Origin: Thermoanaerobaculia bacterium
GTDB lineage: Bacteria > Acidobacteriota > Thermoanaerobaculia > Gp7-AA8
DNA: 64,000 bases
Assembly (NCBI GenBank): GCA_035629865.1
Contig: DASPHC010000055.1
Span: 134,940 to 198,939 of the forward strand
Direction: 5' to 3'
Program-made: the position numbers and the translations under genes
Notes under the pieces: generated by a model
What the model was told of the DNA's origin: nothing
Database searches by the model: none
What the model saw: only the letters and a program-made list of their open reading frames with translations
Shown: positions 47,814 through 56,962 of the stretch, piece by piece
Numbering within the stretch: position 1 is the stretch's first letter
Layout of the letters: each line of letters opens with the position of its first letter

Positions 47814-50246
47814 TTAGAGGATGTTGATCGGATCCACGTCGATCGCCACCTCCACCCCCTTCCACTTTCTCGGTAACAGCACCGCCTCCACCGCTCGCCG
47901 CAGCGCTGTCCGCTGCGCGGAGCGCAGCAGAATCTGGTAGCGCCAGACCCCCTTGATCCTCGCCATCGGCGCAGGTGCCGGGCCCTGCACGCGCGTTCCC
48001 GCCAACGGCGCGACCGCCTCTTCCAGCATCTGCCCACACTCCCGCGCCGCCTTCTCCACATCCATCAAATTCTCGCCGCGGAAGAGGATGGCGATCATGG
48101 CCGTCACCGGCGGGTAGTGAAATGTCCGCCGGAATTGGATCTCGGCTTCGAAGAAGGCTTCGTAGTCGTGCTGCAAGGCGTGCTGAATCGCGTAGTGTGC
48201 CGGAAACGCCGTCTGGATCATCACCTTGCCGCGTAACTCCCCCCGTCCCGCCCGCCCGGCCACCTGGGTCAGCAGGTAGAACGTCTTCTCGGCCGACCGA
48301 AAGTCGGGGTAGCCGAGGATCGAGTCGGCGTTCAACACACCGGTCAACGTCACGTTCGGGAAGTGGTGCCCCTTGCTGAGCATCTGCGTCCCGATCAGCG
48401 CCTGGGTCTCGCGTCTCCGGAAGCGGTCGAGGATCGCGACCATCGAGCCTTTTTTGCGGGTCGAGTCGCGGTCGAGGACGTCGACGGTCACGCCGGGGAA
48501 GTCGCGCTGGAAGCGCTCTTCGACCTTCTCCGTCCCGAAGCCGATCGGCTGCAGGACTTCTCCCTGGCAGAGGGGGCATTTGGCGGGGATGGTCTTGCGC
48601 GCGCCGCAGTAGTGGCAGATGAGGAGGTTGTCCCGGCGGTGGACGGTCAGCGTGACGCTGCAGTCGTTGCAGCGGAATTCGTGGCCGCACTCGCGGCAGA
48701 GCAGGTACGGCGCGTAGCCGCGGCGGTTGATGAGGATGATCACCTGCTCGCCGGCGACGAAGATCTCCCGCATGGCGTCGCGGAGGGTGGCGCTGAAGAT
48801 GACGAAGCCTTTGTCTTCCTTCTCCGCCTTCTCTTTGCGGAGGTCGATCAGCTCCACGTCCGGCAGGGCGCGCGCTTCGACGCGTTTCTTCATCCGCAGC
48901 AGGGTGTACTTGCCGCGGGCGGCGTTCTCGCGCGACTCGAGCGACGGCGTGGCCGAGCCGAGGACCACCGGGATGCCGCGTCCCTGGGCGCGGACGACGG
49001 CGAGGTCGCGGGCGTTGTAGCGCGGCGTCTCTTCCTGCTTGTAGGCGCCGTCCCCCTCTTCGTCGACGACGATCAGGCCGAGGCGCTGGAAGGGGACGAA
49101 TAGCGCGGAACGGGGACCGATGGCGACGTCGACCTCGCCGCGGCGCGTCCGCCACCATTGGTCGTACCGCTCACTCGCGGAGAGGCTGCTGTGGAGGATG
49201 GCGATCCGCTCGCCGAAGCGCTCTTTCAACCGCGAGGCGAAGACGGGCGTGAGGGCGATCTCGGGGACGAGCAGCAGGGCCTGTTCTCCCCTTTTCACGA
49301 CGGCCCGCATCAATTCGATGTAGACCTCGGTCTTGCCGGAGCCGGTCACCCCTTCGAGCAGAAACGGCGCGAACGTGCCGAGGGAAGCCTCGACGGCGGA
49401 AATGGCGGCTTTCTGCTCGTCGGAGTAGCGGATCTCCCCTGCCCCGGCGTCTTCCAGTCCGGCCAGAAAGGCGTCGAGGGTGTGCCGGCGCGCCCGGCGC
49501 TCGATCCGCACGACTTCCTTCTTCGCCAGCGCCGACAGCACCGCCGCGCTCACGCCGGCGTGCTCGAGCGCGCGCACCGACAGCTCGCCTCCGCGCGACT
49601 GCATCAGTCCGACGGCGGCCTGCTGCTTCGGCGTCAGCCCGCCCGGATCGCTCTCCAGCACGACGAAGCGGTCGTACCGCACGCCTTCGTTGTCCTTGAG
49701 CCGGTCGCGCAACGCGATGATGCCGGCGTCGCGCAACCGGTCGACGGCGCTCCTCGGCACGCGCATCTCCTCGAAGATCGTCGCCACCGGCAACGGCCGC
49801 TTCGCCAGCTCGGCGACGACGGCGAGGTCGCTCTCCAGGATCTGTCTGGCCATCACCGCCGCCTCGATCATCTCCGTCGTGGCGGTCAGCACGGCCTGCC
49901 GTTTTCCTCGGGCGGCCATGTTGGCGGGTAAGGCGGTGCGCAACATCTCGCCCAGCGGGGCGAGGTAGTATTCGGCTGCCCAGCGGCAGAGGTCGATGAT
50001 CTCGGGAATGAGCGCGGGCTCGTCGTCGTCGAGGACCGAGCGGATCGGCTTCATCTTCGCCGCATCGACCGGCGCCTCGTCGACGAGCGAGACGACGAAG
50101 CCGGTCGTCAGCTTGGTGCCGAGCGGCACCTCGACGCGCGAGCCGAGCCGTACGCCGTCGCGCAGCGATTCCGGAATGGCATAAGTGAAGGTATCGTGCA
50201 CCGCGAGCGGAATCGCCACCGCGGCGTACGCGGAAAGACCGGACAT
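47814..50246 (-). CDS. priA: Primosomal protein N' (replication restart helicase)
   Basis: Walker A GVTGSGKT, DEAH-like DEEGD, and the double Cys zinc-binding region CRECGHEFRCNDC...CHYCG. Confidence 0.9.
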   Translation of the reverse strand: MSGLSAYAAVAIPLAVHDTFTYAIPESLRDGVRLGSRVEVPLGTKLTTGFVVSLVDEAPVDAAKMKPIRSVLDDDEPALIPEIIDLCRWAAEYYLAPLGEMLRTALPANMAARGKRQAVLTATTEMIEAAVMARQILESDLAVVAELAKRPLPVATIFEEMRVPRSAVDRLRDAGIIALRDRLKDNEGVRYDRFVVLESDPGGLTPKQQAAVGLMQSRGGELSVRALEHAGVSAAVLSALAKKEVVRIERRARRHTLDAFLAGLEDAGAGEIRYSDEQKAAISAVEASLGTFAPFLLEGVTGSGKTEVYIELMRAVVKRGEQALLLVPEIALTPVFASRLKERFGERIAILHSSLSASERYDQWWRTRRGEVDVAIGPRSALFVPFQRLGLIVVDEEGDGAYKQEETPRYNARDLAVVRAQGRGIPVVLGSATPSLESRENAARGKYTLLRMKKRVEARALPDVELIDLRKEKAEKEDKGFVIFSATLRDAMREIFVAGEQVIILINRRGYAPYLLCRECGHEFRCNDCSVTLTVHRRDNLLICHYCGARKTIPAKCPLCQGEVLQPIGFGTEKVEERFQRDFPGVTVDVLDRDSTRKKGSMVAILDRFRRRETQALIGTQMLSKGHHFPNVTLTGVLNADSILGYPDFRSAEKTFYLLTQVAGRAGRGELRGKVMIQTAFPAHYAIQHALQHDYEAFFEAEIQFRRTFHYPPVTAMIAILFRGENLMDVEKAARECGQMLEEAVAPLAGTRVQGPAPAPMARIKGVWRYQILLRSAQRTALRRAVEAVLLPRKWKGVEVAIDVDPINIL

Positions 50247-50291
50247 TGGACGCGAAGCATTCGCCGGTCGTAGGAGTGTTGTCAATCGACG

Positions 50292-51221
50292 ATGAGCAGG
50301 AACGAGGAAGTCGCACGAGAGTTCTGGAACCGTGAGGTCCACACCCCCACGCACTCGAACTGGATGGCCCACCCGCTGGTGCGCGCCTACATCAACCGCT
50401 CCATCGCCGGAGACTCCGGCCAGTGGCCGATGGACTGGCTGGAGACGTGGCTGGCCGGGCGGCGGTTCAAGCGCGGCCTGAGCGTCGGCTGCGGCGCCGG
50501 CTCGCTGGAGCGTGACCTGATTCGCCGCAACCTGTGCGAGCAGATGGACGCCTTCGACGGCTCACCGGAATCGATCCGGGTGGCCATCGACGAGGCGGCG
50601 AAGCTCGGCTACGGCGACCGCATCCACTACCGCACCGGCGATTTCAACGAGCCGCAGCTCCCGTCCAATACGTACGACATCGTCTTCGTCCACCAGGCCA
50701 TGCACCACGTGGCCAAGCTCGAAAAACTCTACCGGGCCATCATGAAGACGCTGGCGCCGGACGGGCTGCTCTACCTCGACGAGTACATCGGCCCCTCGCG
50801 CCACGAATGGACGGAGCAGAACTTCGCCCCGATCCAGGGCGTCTTCCAGTCCATCCCGCGCGAGAAGCGGAACCTCGACTCCCTCCTCCTCCCGATCCAG
50901 GTCCACGACCCCTCGGAGGCGATCCGCTCCAGCGAGATCCTGCGCGAGCTGGCAGTCGGCTACGACACCCTCGTCCGCCGCGACTACGGCGGCAACGTCC
51001 TCTCCATCATCTACGGCCAGGTCGAAGACACCGACGCCATGACCGAGCACCTGATCGTCGAGGAGGAAAAGCTGCTGCGCGAAGGGATGGAGCCCTTCCT
51101 CTCGATCATCATCGCCAAACCAAAGCGAGGGATCGCCGGAGCGGTGGCGCGAGGACGGTATTTCCTGGAACCGAAGCTCAAGCGGATCGGGCGCGAGGTG
51201 CGAAAAGTCGTGTCGCGTTGA
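50292..51221 (+). CDS. Class I SAM-dependent methyltransferase
   Basis: Motif I LSVGCGAGSLE and an acidic post-I residue. Confidence 0.7.
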   Translation: MSRNEEVAREFWNREVHTPTHSNWMAHPLVRAYINRSIAGDSGQWPMDWLETWLAGRRFKRGLSVGCGAGSLERDLIRRNLCEQMDAFDGSPESIRVAIDEAAKLGYGDRIHYRTGDFNEPQLPSNTYDIVFVHQAMHHVAKLEKLYRAIMKTLAPDGLLYLDEYIGPSRHEWTEQNFAPIQGVFQSIPREKRNLDSLLLPIQVHDPSEAIRSSEILRELAVGYDTLVRRDYGGNVLSIIYGQVEDTDAMTEHLIVEEEKLLREGMEPFLSIIIAKPKRGIAGAVARGRYFLEPKLKRIGREVRKVVSR

Positions 51222-51388
51222 GCCGCATTTCTCGCCACGAGAGGCGAAGAGCCGCCACTCGTGCCATGAAGTTGATCGTCTGGAACCAACTTGTGAGCGA
51301 GGGGAGGCAGCGACGCAGTGAGGGTAAGCCTATGCATTGTTGCGGCATGTCCACCCATCGGCCATGCCGGAATTTACGGCGGGTAGCG

Positions 51389-51680
51389 CGGACTCATCGA
51401 TGAGTAGCGCGGACTCATCGGTCGGTCGGGATCGACTCATGGATCGGTCGGGATCGACTCATGGATCGGTCGGGATCTACCCATGGATCGGTCGGGATCG
51501 ACCCATGAATCGGTCGGGATCGATCCATGGATCGGTCGGGATCGACCCATGGATCGGTCGGGATCGACCCATGGATCGGTCGGGATCGACTCATGGATCG
51601 GTCGGGATCGACTCATCGCCGGTCGGGATCGACTCATCGGCCGGTCGCGATCGACTCATCGGCCGGTCGCGATCGACTCA
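51389..51680. repeat. Tandem direct repeat array, 22-bp unit x about 13 (consensus CGGTCGGGATCGACYCATGGAT)
   Basis: Seen directly. Head-to-tail 22-mers with decay at both ends and two GATC per unit. Located in a convergent intergenic gap. Confidence 0.9.
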
Positions 51681-51681
51681 C

Positions 51682-52377
51682 CTAAGCGCCGATCCCCAGC
51701 TCCGTCATCACCTTCTTCATGTCGTTCCAGACGTCCTTCTTCGCCGAAGGGGTCCGGAGCAGGTACGCCGGGTGGTACGTCGGCATCAGTTTGATGCCGT
51801 TGTAGTCGAGCCACTGGCCGCGGACGGCGGAGATGCCGTAGCTCTTCTCCGTCAGCGACTGCAGGCCGAAGCGGCCGAGGGTGACGATGACTTTGGGCTG
51901 GATCAGCGCGACCTGGCGTTGGATGAAGGGGCGGCAGCTTTCCAGCTCGTCAGGCTCGGGATTGCGGTTCTCCGGCGGGCGGCATTTGATGACGTTGGCG
52001 ATGTAGACGTCGTCGCGGGTGAGCTTCATGGCCTTGATGATGTCGGTCAGCAGTTGTCCGGCGCGGCCGACGAACGGCTCCCCCTTCTTGTCCTCGTCAA
52101 AGCCCGGAGCCTCGCCGATGAACATCAGGTCGGCGTTCGGGTTGCCGACGCCGAAGACGACATTGGTGCGCGTCCCCGCGAGGCGGCACGACTGGCAGTT
52201 GTGGGCTTCGAGTCGGAGGGCGTCGAAGGCGCCGGGCTGGTCTCCCGCTGCTTCCAGCGCTGCGTCCCCCATTGCTTCCACGGCTGCTTCAGTTTTCGTC
52301 CGGACCGGGGTGAGGTCGAGATGGGTATATCCAAGCTCGCGGAGGTAGGCGAGCTCCTGCAGGACGTCGGGATTCAT
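51682..52377 (-). CDS. Uracil-DNA glycosylase, family 4
   Basis: 4Fe-4S cysteines CQSCRL...C and motifs GEAPG and HPAYLLR. Confidence 0.85.
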   Translation of the reverse strand: MNPDVLQELAYLRELGYTHLDLTPVRTKTEAAVEAMGDAALEAAGDQPGAFDALRLEAHNCQSCRLAGTRTNVVFGVGNPNADLMFIGEAPGFDEDKKGEPFVGRAGQLLTDIIKAMKLTRDDVYIANVIKCRPPENRNPEPDELESCRPFIQRQVALIQPKVIVTLGRFGLQSLTEKSYGISAVRGQWLDYNGIKLMPTYHPAYLLRTPSAKKDVWNDMKKVMTELGIGA

Positions 52378-52440
52378 GCCGTCGATTATCGTCTATACTC
52401 GCCTCGGTCCAACACCTCGAACAAGGAGAACCCCAGCCCC

Positions 52441-52794
52441 ATGAAGAAGTTGACGAAGCTCACGCTCGCCGCTCTGCTCGTCTGCTCGGTCGCCGCCCCC
52501 GCCTTCGCCCGCAAGGCCACCGTCAAGATCATCAACCAGAGCAAATGGGAGATTCACCACCTCTTCCTCTCCTCCACCGAGGAAGAAACGTGGGGCCCGG
52601 ATCAGCTCGAAGACGAGATCCTGACCAAGGGACAGTCGCTCACCCTCACCAAGATCCCCTGCGACCTGTACGACATCAAAGTCGTCGACGAAGACGGCGA
52701 CGAATGCGTGATCGAGCAGGTGGATCTGTGCGGGGATGACAGTTACTGGAAGATCACGGACAAGGATCTGCTGGAGTGTGAGGGGTATCAGTAA
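52441..52794 (+). CDS. Small secreted hypothetical protein
   Basis: RBS AAGGAGA at 52423. Signal peptide MKKLTKLTLAALLVCSVAAPAFA. Four Cys residues. Confidence 0.55.
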   Translation: MKKLTKLTLAALLVCSVAAPAFARKATVKIINQSKWEIHHLFLSSTEEETWGPDQLEDEILTKGQSLTLTKIPCDLYDIKVVDEDGDECVIEQVDLCGDDSYWKITDKDLLECEGYQ

Positions 52795-52879
52795 CGGTTG
52801 CTGGTTGTCGGTTGCTGGTTGTCTGGGCCGTCTCGCGATAGATGAACGGTGACGCGAGAGCTGCCCCTCGGGTCTCGGC

Positions 52880-53140
52880 GTTACGGAGCGCCGACGTTCC
52901 GTCGGCCGGTCCGCCGACCTTCGGTCGGCAGTCTCTCGGGGTGAGTGAAGATCGACAGATCACCATCCTCCCGAGGGCGACCGGACTAAAAGTCCGGCCC
53001 ACATGTGGCCAGGATTTCCTAGCATCGGCTGCCCACATGTGGCGCGGACTTTTAGTCCGGGCCGGCACTCGCGACGCGCAGACTGCCGACCGAAGGTCGG
53101 CGGACCGGCCGGTCGAAGACCGGCGCTCCTTTGGTTCGCC
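52880..53140. mobile_element. MITE-like palindromic element of about 260 bp (family 2)
   Basis: Outer inverted repeats GAGCGCCG..CCGGCCGGTCCGCCGACCTTCGGTCGGCAG. Inner inverted CCGGACTAAAAGTCCGG and duplicated CCCACATGTGGC. Confidence 0.65.
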
Positions 53141-53160
53141 GCGGAGCGGCGAACTCGCGC

Positions 53161-54348
53161 TCAGGCCTTGACGCGCGCCACGACCAGATCCAACAACCGG
53201 TCCGCAATCACGTTCTTCGGCGCCCTCCCGATCCGCGTGAGACTCCCATCCGCGGCGATCACCATCACTTCGTTCTGGTCCGAATCAAACCCGATGCTCG
53301 CATCGGCCACGTCGTTGGCGACGATCAGGTCCGCCCCTTTGCGCACCAGTTTCTCTCTGGCGTTCTGTTCGACGGAGTCGGTTTCGGCGGCGAAGGCGAC
53401 GATGAAGGGGCGGGGGTCGAGGCGGGCGACGGCGGCGAGGATGTCGGGGTTTTTGCGGAGGACGAGGGTGAGCTCGTCGCTTCCTTCGACTTTCTTGATC
53501 TTCCGGTCGGCCACCTCGGCGGCGGCGTAGTCGGCGACGGCGGCGGCTTTGATGAGGATCTGGTGCCGCGGGGCGGCGGCCATTACGGCGTCGTGCATCT
53601 CCCGGGCGGTGCGGACGCGGGTGACGTCCACTCCCGCCGGCGCGGTGCGGGCGGTGGGGCCGGAGATGAGGGTGACGCTCGCTCCCCTCTTCCGCGCCGC
53701 CTCGGCGATGGCGTAGCCCATCTTCCCCGAGGAGCGGTTGGAGATGTAGCGGACGGGATCGATCGGCTCGCGGGTCGGACCGGCGGTGACGAGGATGGTG
53801 CGCCCTTCGAGATCGCGCTTCCCGAACTGCGTTTTCACGAGCTCGACGAGCACCGGGACGTCCGGCATCTTTCCGGCGCCTTCTTCGCCACAGGCGAGGA
53901 GGCCGTTGACCGGCTCGATGATCTCGACACCGCGCGCGCGCAGCCGCTCGATGTTCTCCGCGACGGTCGGGTGGGCGAGCATGTGGGTGTTCATGGCCGG
54001 CGCGACCACGACCGCGGCCCGATGGGCCAGCGCGTAGGTGGTGAGGGCGTCGTCGGCGATGCCGGCGGCGAGCTTGGCGAGGATGTTGGCGGTGGCGGGG
54101 GCGATGAAGAGGAGCTCGGCCCAGCGGGCGAGCTCGATGTGATCGACGCCGCCATGTCCGGCGTCGCCCCACTGGTCGGTGATGACGCCGTGGCCGGAGA
54201 CGGCGGCGAGGGAGAGCGGAGAAACGAAGCGGGCGGCGTTGGGGGTGAGGATGACCCGGACCTCGGCGCCGATGTCTCTGAGGCGCCGCACGAGCTCGGG
54301 GGCCTTGTAGGCGGCGATGCCGCCCGATACGCCGAGGACGATCTTCAT
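53161..54348 (-). CDS. coaBC: Bifunctional phosphopantothenoylcysteine decarboxylase / phosphopantothenate-cysteine ligase
   Basis: N-terminal flavoprotein domain (KIVLGVSGGIAAYK) and C-terminal DFP domain (SSGKMG). Confidence 0.95.
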   Translation of the reverse strand: MKIVLGVSGGIAAYKAPELVRRLRDIGAEVRVILTPNAARFVSPLSLAAVSGHGVITDQWGDAGHGGVDHIELARWAELLFIAPATANILAKLAAGIADDALTTYALAHRAAVVVAPAMNTHMLAHPTVAENIERLRARGVEIIEPVNGLLACGEEGAGKMPDVPVLVELVKTQFGKRDLEGRTILVTAGPTREPIDPVRYISNRSSGKMGYAIAEAARKRGASVTLISGPTARTAPAGVDVTRVRTAREMHDAVMAAAPRHQILIKAAAVADYAAAEVADRKIKKVEGSDELTLVLRKNPDILAAVARLDPRPFIVAFAAETDSVEQNAREKLVRKGADLIVANDVADASIGFDSDQNEVMVIAADGSLTRIGRAPKNVIADRLLDLVVARVKA

Positions 54349-54359
54349 GGCTGCGCCGC

Positions 54360-54452
54360 CGTTATCGGTTGTCCGTTGTCAGTTGTCCGAACCGACGACG
54401 CTCGGAGGGCCGTGCATCGACAGACAACCGACAACTGACAACTGTTTTCAAC
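54360..54452. repeat. Inverted-repeat element (GTTATCGGTTGTCCGTTGTCAGTTGTCCG ... CAGACAACCGACAACTGACAAC)
   Basis: Third copy of the family seen at 14590 and 35780. Confidence 0.7.
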
Positions 54453-54668
54453 CTACTCGTTGTTATCCAGCGAGGTGCTCTCTTCGCTCGGGGGCGTGAG
54501 CTGCCACTTCACCTGGTCGCGCTCGACTTCTTCCATGGCCACGCGCGTCGGCTTGGCGTGCTTGCTCTTGGTGCGCGGCTGGGCGCCCTGGATGAGCTGC
54601 TCCGCCCTCTTGCTGACCAGCAGCACGTAGCGGAACTTGGAGTCAATTCCTTCCGGCAGTCCTTCCAT
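54453..54668 (-). CDS. rpoZ: DNA-directed RNA polymerase subunit omega
   Basis: SKFRYVLLVSKRAEQL omega signature. Sits downstream of gmk as in many bacteria. Confidence 0.8.
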   Translation of the reverse strand: MEGLPEGIDSKFRYVLLVSKRAEQLIQGAQPRTKSKHAKPTRVAMEEVERDQVKWQLTPPSEESTSLDNNE

Positions 54669-55329
54669 TGCGGTCCTCCTCTTTGAAGCGCTCGGCCATC
54701 CTGCCGATGGCTTCGAGCGCGGTCTTGGTCTGTAGTTTCTTGGCGATGATCGCGGCCTTCAGGCATTCGGTCGCGATCTCGAGGTCGTCGTTGATGATGA
54801 TGTAGTGGTAAAAATCCTTCCCCTCGTTGATCTCGTCGATGGCCTTGCGCAGCCGGATGTCGATCTCCTCCTCCGTGTTCAGGCCGCGGCTGATCAGCCG
54901 CCGCTCCAGCACGTCGAGGGAGGGAGGGAAAATGAAGACGCTCAGCGAGCGGGCGCTCAGATCGTGGTCCTGCGCGATCTGTTTCGCTCCCTGATAGTCG
55001 ATGTCAAGGATCACATCCTGCCCGGCTTTGAGCCTTCCGAGCACTTCAGAACGGGATGTCCCGTACAAATTGGCATGAACGTGCGCCCATTCGAGAAATT
55101 CCCCCTGGGCGGCCATGCCCCGGAACGTCTGATCGGACACGAAGTAGTAGCTGGTCCCTTCGGTCTCCCCCGGGCGAGGGTCGCGGGTGGTGTGCGAGAC
55201 CGAGAAATAGAGCTCGATCTGCAGTGGACGAAGACGCTCGCGGACGGTGTTGATCAGGGTCGTCTTCCCTGCGCCAGACGGGCCGGAGATGATGAACAAC
55301 GTCCCGTCCGCGTGGAAGTTACTCGACAT
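54643..55329 (-). CDS. gmk: Guanylate kinase
   Basis: P-loop GPSGAGKTT and the GMP-binding region. Confidence 0.9.
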   Translation of the reverse strand: MSSNFHADGTLFIISGPSGAGKTTLINTVRERLRPLQIELYFSVSHTTRDPRPGETEGTSYYFVSDQTFRGMAAQGEFLEWAHVHANLYGTSRSEVLGRLKAGQDVILDIDYQGAKQIAQDHDLSARSLSVFIFPPSLDVLERRLISRGLNTEEEIDIRLRKAIDEINEGKDFYHYIIINDDLEIATECLKAAIIAKKLQTKTALEAIGRMAERFKEEDRNGRTAGRN

Positions 55330-56209
55330 TCTGTACCTGCTCGCGGATGCGCTCCACCTCCGTCTTCAATTCTACGACAAGGGTGCGGATGGCCGCGGAG
55401 CGCGACTTGGAGCCCATGGTGTTGATCTCGCGGAGGGTCTCCTGCGACATGAAGTCGAGCTTCTTGCCGGCCGGCTCTTTGCCGGCAATGGCTTTCTCGA
55501 CCTGGTCGAGGTGATGCGCGAGGCGGGTGAGCTCCTCGGCGATATCCCCCTTCTCGACCATCATCACCACTTCCTGGGCGATCCGCTCCTGGGCGATCTC
55601 GACGTTGGCCGAGGCGGCGATCTCGTGGACGCGCTGCTGGTACGACGCCAGGAGCTCGGAGCGGACTTCGTCGCGATGGGCGGAGATCTCGTCGCTGAGC
55701 CGGCGGATGGTGGCCACCCGCGCGGAGATGTCGTCCCGCAGCGAGACTCCCTCGCGGGACCGCAGCTCCTGCAACGCGGTAAACGCGTGCCGCACGAGGG
55801 CGAGCAACCCTTCCCGCTCTTCATCGGCGACCTCGGCGTCATTCGCCTCGACCTGCAGCAGGTCGGGAACGCGCATCAGGTCGCTCCCGGTGAGCGACGA
55901 GCCGAGCCCGAGCTCTTCGGCGATCGCGCGGAGCTGCGGGATGATCTGGTTGGCGATCCCGGTGTTGATGCGGACGCTGTAGTCCGGCTGCTGCGTTCGC
56001 TGGATGCGGATGGAGAGGTCGACTTTTCCGCGGGAGAAGAATTCGGAGGCAAGGGCCCGCAGCGGCGCTTCCATGTCCCACATCCACTCCGGGAGGCGGA
56101 CCGAGACTTCGAGAAAACGATGGTTGACGCTCTTGGTCGTGACCGTGGCGAAATAGCGGGGCGAAAGCGCCCCCGACGCGCGGCCGAAGCCTGTCATTGA
56201 ATGAATCAT
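55319..56209 (-). CDS. yicC: YicC-family stress-induced protein
   Basis: MIHSMTGFG start and YicC N- and C-terminal domains. The longer ORF begins inside a repeat and is not used. Confidence 0.85.
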   Translation of the reverse strand: MIHSMTGFGRASGALSPRYFATVTTKSVNHRFLEVSVRLPEWMWDMEAPLRALASEFFSRGKVDLSIRIQRTQQPDYSVRINTGIANQIIPQLRAIAEELGLGSSLTGSDLMRVPDLLQVEANDAEVADEEREGLLALVRHAFTALQELRSREGVSLRDDISARVATIRRLSDEISAHRDEVRSELLASYQQRVHEIAASANVEIAQERIAQEVVMMVEKGDIAEELTRLAHHLDQVEKAIAGKEPAGKKLDFMSQETLREINTMGSKSRSAAIRTLVVELKTEVERIREQVQNVE

Positions 56210-56223
56210 AAATTCGAGAGATG

Positions 56224-56300
56224 AGCGATGAGAGATGAGCGATGAACCTCGGGGAAGGCTCTGCTCATCTCTCATCGCTCATCGTTCATCTCGCTCCTGT
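56224..56300. repeat. Palindromic repeat (GAGAGATGAGCGATGA family)
   Basis: gagagatgagcgatgagagatgagcgatgaac faces gctcatctctcatcgctcatcgttcatctc. Confidence 0.7.
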
Positions 56301-56901
56301 ACCAGTCGTTCTGCCTCATCAGCGAGGTCGTTCATCGCACGCTCCACTCTCAGCCGCCATTCCTCGACGTTCCCGTCACGCGGGACGACCATCGGCTCTC
56401 CATAGAGAAAGAGCGCCTTCGAGAACGGCAGCGGGACGACCATGCGATCCCACGAGCGCAGATGCTTTTTTTTTTAGCGGCGAAGGCGATCGGGATGATC
56501 GGCAGGCCGGTGGTCTTTGCTGCATAGACGACGCCGTCTTTGGCGACCCGGGCCGGCCCCTTCGACCCGTCGGGGGTGAAAACGATGTTCCGGCCGTCGC
56601 GCGCCAGGCGGACGAGCTGGCGCAGGGCGGCCGTCCCGCCGCGGGTGGACGAGCCGCGTACCACCTCCACGTCGAACCAGCGGAACGTGCTCGCGCTGAT
56701 CTGGCCGTCCTTCGAGCGGGAGCTGATCACCGCGATCGGGCGCCGGAACTTCGAATGCAGCATCAACAGCAGATGAGCGTGCCAGAACGACAGGATGTAC
56801 TGGGGCGTCCCGGTGATGTTCTCCGGGTGGACGTGCCTCACCCGCAGGGTGGCGTGCAGGACGCGGACGAACAGGCTGATCAGGAACGAGGCAAACGTCA
56901 C
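56287..56901 (-). CDS. Lysophospholipid-acyltransferase-like protein (DUF374 family), interrupted by a frameshift in an A10 homopolymer at 56464..56473
   Basis: The N-terminus matches DUF374 (FWHAHLLLMLHS, VVRGSSTRGG, FTPDGSKGP). After the A10 tract the annotated frame is Arg/Ser-rich junk. The +1-A frame reads HLRSWDRMVVPLPFSKALFLYGEPMVVP, the conserved DUF374 C-terminus. Confidence 0.6.
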
Positions 56902-56962
56902 GGTTCGGCGCGCAGTGTATCGAAGAAGAACGAAGGTGTGACCCCTGTGTGAAAATACGCGC

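Noticed and set aside
51337-52794. 485-aa plus-strand ORF spanning the 22-bp array and UDG antisense
   Set aside because: Only the terminal 117 aa (52441..52794, with its own RBS and signal peptide) are credible. The rest is repeat-encoded or antisense to UDG.
55319-56275. Longer yicC ORF starting at 56275, and likewise msbA from 63884 and yajQ from 14682
   Set aside because: The extra N-terminal residues are encoded by palindromic repeat units (SSLISHRSSL, RQLTTDN). Internal starts give canonical family N-termini (MIHSMTGFG, MTPLRRLYGY, MAQEFSFD).
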